Below are positions 63,001 through 64,000 of a stretch of 64,000 bases of DNA, in pieces. The notes beneath the pieces were generated by a model. It worked only from the letters and a program-made list of their open reading frames with translations. It was not told the origin of the DNA and made no database searches. The position numbers were made by a program, and so were the translations under genes. Numbering within the stretch: position 1 is the stretch's first letter; each line of letters starts with the position of its first letter. This DNA comes from Gracilinanus agilis (taxonomy: Eukaryota), in NCBI RefSeq assembly GCF_016433145.1, contig NC_058131.1, positions 601,478,868 through 601,542,867 on the forward strand. The letters are read 5' to 3'.

Positions 63001-63594
63001 TAATCTCATGTTTTGCTTCAAGTCATCAACATCCTGAAGTAGCACAATCGGCCTCAAATGAAAGAAGTCACCTCTGAGAACAGCAAGATTAATGAGAGTG
63101 ATAGCTAATTATTGATAGTAGGCTTTCCTTTTTTTAATTACTTCAGTTGGAAGAGGAGTTGAAAGCACAGACTGAAATATGGGAAAAGGAACATTCCAAG
63201 GCATTTGTGGTATATGGCCAGAAATTCACAGAATATATATCGGAACAGTGGGAGATGTTTCATTTGAAGAAAGAGAAAGAAAAGCAGGATCGAGTAAGTA
63301 AAAAACAAACAGGAAAAACTACCGTGAGCTCTTTGAGCAGCATATCTCTGCTAAGTTGTACAGATGGGGAGAGCACCCTTTCCTTCCATTTTGTGAGTGC
63401 TATAAACTATGAACTAGCTTTCCACCTCTGCCTTCCTACTCCCATCATGCTTTAATATTGTGCTTCCATTTCCATGACAATTCTCACAGCAGCTAAAGAA
63501 AAACCAGCAAACAGGAGCAGAGATGTTATATAGCAGCAGATTCAAAACACCCAGCAAGAAACAAGGACCTAACAGATCAGGCAAAGCTCACAAG
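37605..63594 (+). CDS. PRC1-like: Second, diverged PRC1-family gene (PRC1-like paralog), exons 1-11; continues beyond the window
   Basis: GCCGCC-ATG AGG AGA AG|gtgat at 37605-37615, then 44328-44460, 44917-45039, 48402-48635, 48717-48887, 56956-57105, 58931-59078, 61627-61763, 62153-62248, 63147-63293, 63490-63594. All GT-AG, same exon sizes as copy 1 except exon 11 (105 vs 111 nt). No stop or frameshift in 485 codons; about 69% aa identity to copy 1 by hand count. Confidence 0.93.
39656..39856 (+). mobile_element. hAT MITE with CAGTGATGGC(A/G)AACCT-type TIR (OposCharlie1/Myotis-hAT-like)
   Basis: CAGTGATGGCAAACCT...AGGTTCACCAACATGG; TSD ccctatgc/ccctataa; family name from memory. Confidence 0.65.
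40468..40528. repeat. Tandem duplication, period 33 bp
   Basis: cttcagaaaggtctatatagactagttt occurs twice. Confidence 0.9.
42480..43900 (-). mobile_element. Degraded LINE-1 3' fragments
   Basis: Similar to the 57.5-58.6 kb L1 (cattttcatatgcc..., ccatttgctgggtgtgaagtgaaacctcagagt); boundaries approximate. Confidence 0.6.
44328..44460 (+). CDS. PRC1-like: PRC1-like exon 2
   Basis: cttag|TGAAATC...CAA|gtgagt, EILARDFVGCFFKALDRLQEIWDLIGIPENQRLQRFENVTQHVQ. Confidence 0.94.
44601..44787 (+). mobile_element. SINE1_Mdo-type SINE in PRC1-like intron 2
   Basis: Consensus-like copy with A-tail. Confidence 0.8.
44917..45039 (+). CDS. PRC1-like: PRC1-like exon 3
   Basis: tttag|AAA...CTG|gtaaat, KLLDMMIEEEESLKERLLKRIE (missed by the ORF track). 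Confidence 0.94.
46039..46239 (+). mobile_element. 5'-truncated L1 3' end with double poly(A) and 12-bp TSD
   Basis: TSD AAGAACTGAATC at 46027-38 and 46240-51; L1-type tail aatcaattaaataaaatttaaaaa. Confidence 0.75.
46775..46955 (-). mobile_element. hAT/Charlie-type MITE
   Basis: cagtgattcccaaag...gtttgggaaccactg TIRs; degenerate TSD. Confidence 0.8.
48402..48635 (+). CDS. PRC1-like: PRC1-like exon 4
   Basis: acag|GAA...AAG|gtagag, 234 nt. Confidence 0.94.
48717..48887 (+). CDS. PRC1-like: PRC1-like exon 5
   Basis: acag|GCC...CAG|gtatgc, 171 nt. Confidence 0.94.
49390..49596 (-). mobile_element. SINE1_Mdo-type SINE with 16-bp TSD
   Basis: TSD CTACCAATTTATTTTT at 49374-89 and 49597-612. 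Confidence 0.85.
50112..50306 (-). mobile_element. hAT/Charlie-type MITE with 8-bp TSD
   Basis: Same TIRs as above; TSD atttacat/atttatat. Confidence 0.85.
50770..51430 (-). mobile_element. Possible LTR in PRC1-like intron 5
   Basis: GC-richer block with internal repeated motif (ctgatatcatttg..ctcaggggtcccagc) and minus-strand AATAAA near 50850; ends unclear. Confidence 0.35.
51977..52185 (+). mobile_element. Young SINE1_Mdo variant
   Basis: Near-consensus copy; TSD AAATAGTACTA. Confidence 0.88.
52540..53800 (-). mobile_element. Degraded LINE-1 fragment(s)
   Basis: T-rich antisense L1-like sequence in PRC1-like intron 5. Confidence 0.6.
55780..55978 (-). mobile_element. SINE1_Mdo-type SINE
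   Basis: Full-length antisense copy. Confidence 0.8.
56956..57105 (+). CDS. PRC1-like: PRC1-like exon 6
   Basis: gcag|CTA...GCG|gtaaga, 150 nt. Confidence 0.94.
57530..58580 (-). mobile_element. LINE-1 3' fragment (ORF2 C-terminus + 3'UTR)
   Basis: Minus ORF 58224-58559 CSKSLLIREMQIKTTLRYHLT...CWWGCGKIGTLMHC is the L1 ORF2 C-terminus. Confidence 0.9.
58931..59078 (+). CDS. PRC1-like: PRC1-like exon 7
   Basis: gtag|TTA...GACA|gttagt, 148 nt, LQSEVDRLEELKIQNMKKVIEAIRAEL (missed by the ORF track). Confidence 0.93.
60001..60048. repeat. (TA)n microsatellite, about 24 units
   Basis: Direct reading. Confidence 0.95.
60191..60552 (+). mobile_element. SINE1_Mdo-type SINE hosting the palindromic insertion
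   Basis: ggggacagctgggtagctcagtgg...attctaaggtgaaagg[insert]taagggttaaaaaa. Confidence 0.85.
60377..60527. mobile_element. 151-bp palindromic MITE/foldback element, TGT...ACA ends, 52-bp TIRs, 4-bp TSD (AAGG)
   Basis: 60377-60428 is the reverse complement of 60476-60527 with 1 mismatch; AAGG at 60373-76 and 60528-31; interrupts a SINE. Confidence 0.85.
60555..61340 (-). mobile_element. LINE-2 fragment
   Basis: Minus ORF 60896-61378 contains HLDYCNRLL...LQSILHS...LALKTLPDLAPTYLS, typical of the L2 ORF2 end. Confidence 0.8.
61627..61763 (+). CDS. PRC1-like: PRC1-like exon 8
   Basis: acag|AGGAC...GAG|gtactt, 137 nt. Confidence 0.94.
62153..62248 (+). CDS. PRC1-like: PRC1-like exon 9
   Basis: acag|AGA...AAG|gtagat, RKASDPSRFMNRGGKLLKEEKQRAKLQKTLSK. 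Confidence 0.95.
63147..63293 (+). CDS. PRC1-like: PRC1-like exon 10
   Basis: tcag|TTG...CGA|gtaagt, 147 nt. Confidence 0.94.
63490..63594 (+). CDS. PRC1-like: PRC1-like exon 11 (105 nt)
   Basis: acag|CAG...AAG|gtaaaa, QLKKNQQTGAEMLYSSRFKTPSKKQGPNRSGKAHK. Confidence 0.92.
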
Positions 63595-63630
63595 GTAAAA
63601 AAGTTCTATCTTGTGTAATAATTAAAATTA

Positions 63631-64000
63631 TGAGGCTGATAGTAGCTTAATAAGTTTATTAAATCAAAGTAATAGGAGTAGTAAAGAGAGGGGAAAGTAA
63701 GAAAAAGGTAGAGAGATATTTAGCTTTCTAATCTATTGGCTGCCATGATGGACCAGTGGCTAACTCCGACAAGAGTTCCTTCTGTTCTCTGTGATCCAGC
63801 CAGAAGACTCTAAAGAACCACTTGGTCTCCACTTATAAGCTCTTTTCTCCACCCACTAACTCTCACACTTCACATCTCAGGAACCAACCATTGTTTCTTA
63901 ATTTGCCTGGGACACCCAGGGGATTGTAGAATCAGTTTCCTATCTCATTGGTTCCTTGGTTCTTTAACTTCCTTTTTCAAAGGGCTTATCTAATCCTGAA
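63631..64000 (-). mobile_element. Putative LTR in PRC1-like intron 11 (antisense), truncated by the window end
   Basis: Minus strand ends ...agcctCA at 63631 with AATAAA about 25 nt inside, TATA-like ttataag at about 63833, CCAAT boxes (attgg). Confidence 0.5.

Noticed and set aside
37605-63594. Paralog as a processed pseudogene, decayed pseudogene or duplicated haplotype
   Set aside because: It has all introns at ancestral positions, no stops or frameshifts in 485 codons, and about 30% aa divergence with non-homologous introns.
1-64000. tRNA, rRNA, snoRNA or CRISPR features
   Set aside because: None recognisable. The tRNA-like A/B boxes present belong to tRNA-derived SINE heads.

Overview
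Marsupial genomic DNA: the SINE1_Mdo/Mar1-type SINEs, L1/L2 and hAT MITE repertoire suggest a didelphid, probably Monodelphis-like. Three spliced protein-coding genes were read directly from the sequence. (1) PRC1 (+): coding exons 2-15 at 10028-23523. Exon 1 is not in the window and is probably just upstream of base 1; with an 11-nt exon 1 the exons sum to 620 aa, like human PRC1. (2) RCCD1 (-): 7 coding exons at 33955-26993, 408 aa, tail-to-tail with PRC1 as in human. (3) A second, intron-containing, apparently intact but diverged PRC1 paralog (+): exons 1-11 at 37605-63594, running off the window end. It is about 69% aa identical to copy 1, head-to-head with RCCD1, has an open frame and GT-AG sites throughout, keeps the microtubule-contact residues, and has lost the CDK1 site equivalent to T481. 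Other notable signals: a 151-bp almost fully palindromic TGT...ACA element with 52-bp TIRs and a 4-bp TSD inside a SINE (60377-60527); a candidate intronic terminal exon/polyA unit in PRC1 intron 11; and a sharp GC step near 34.2 kb that separates the two paralogs. There are two assembly gaps (33206-33584, 35121-35371). All human comparisons and repeat family names are from memory, not from searches.
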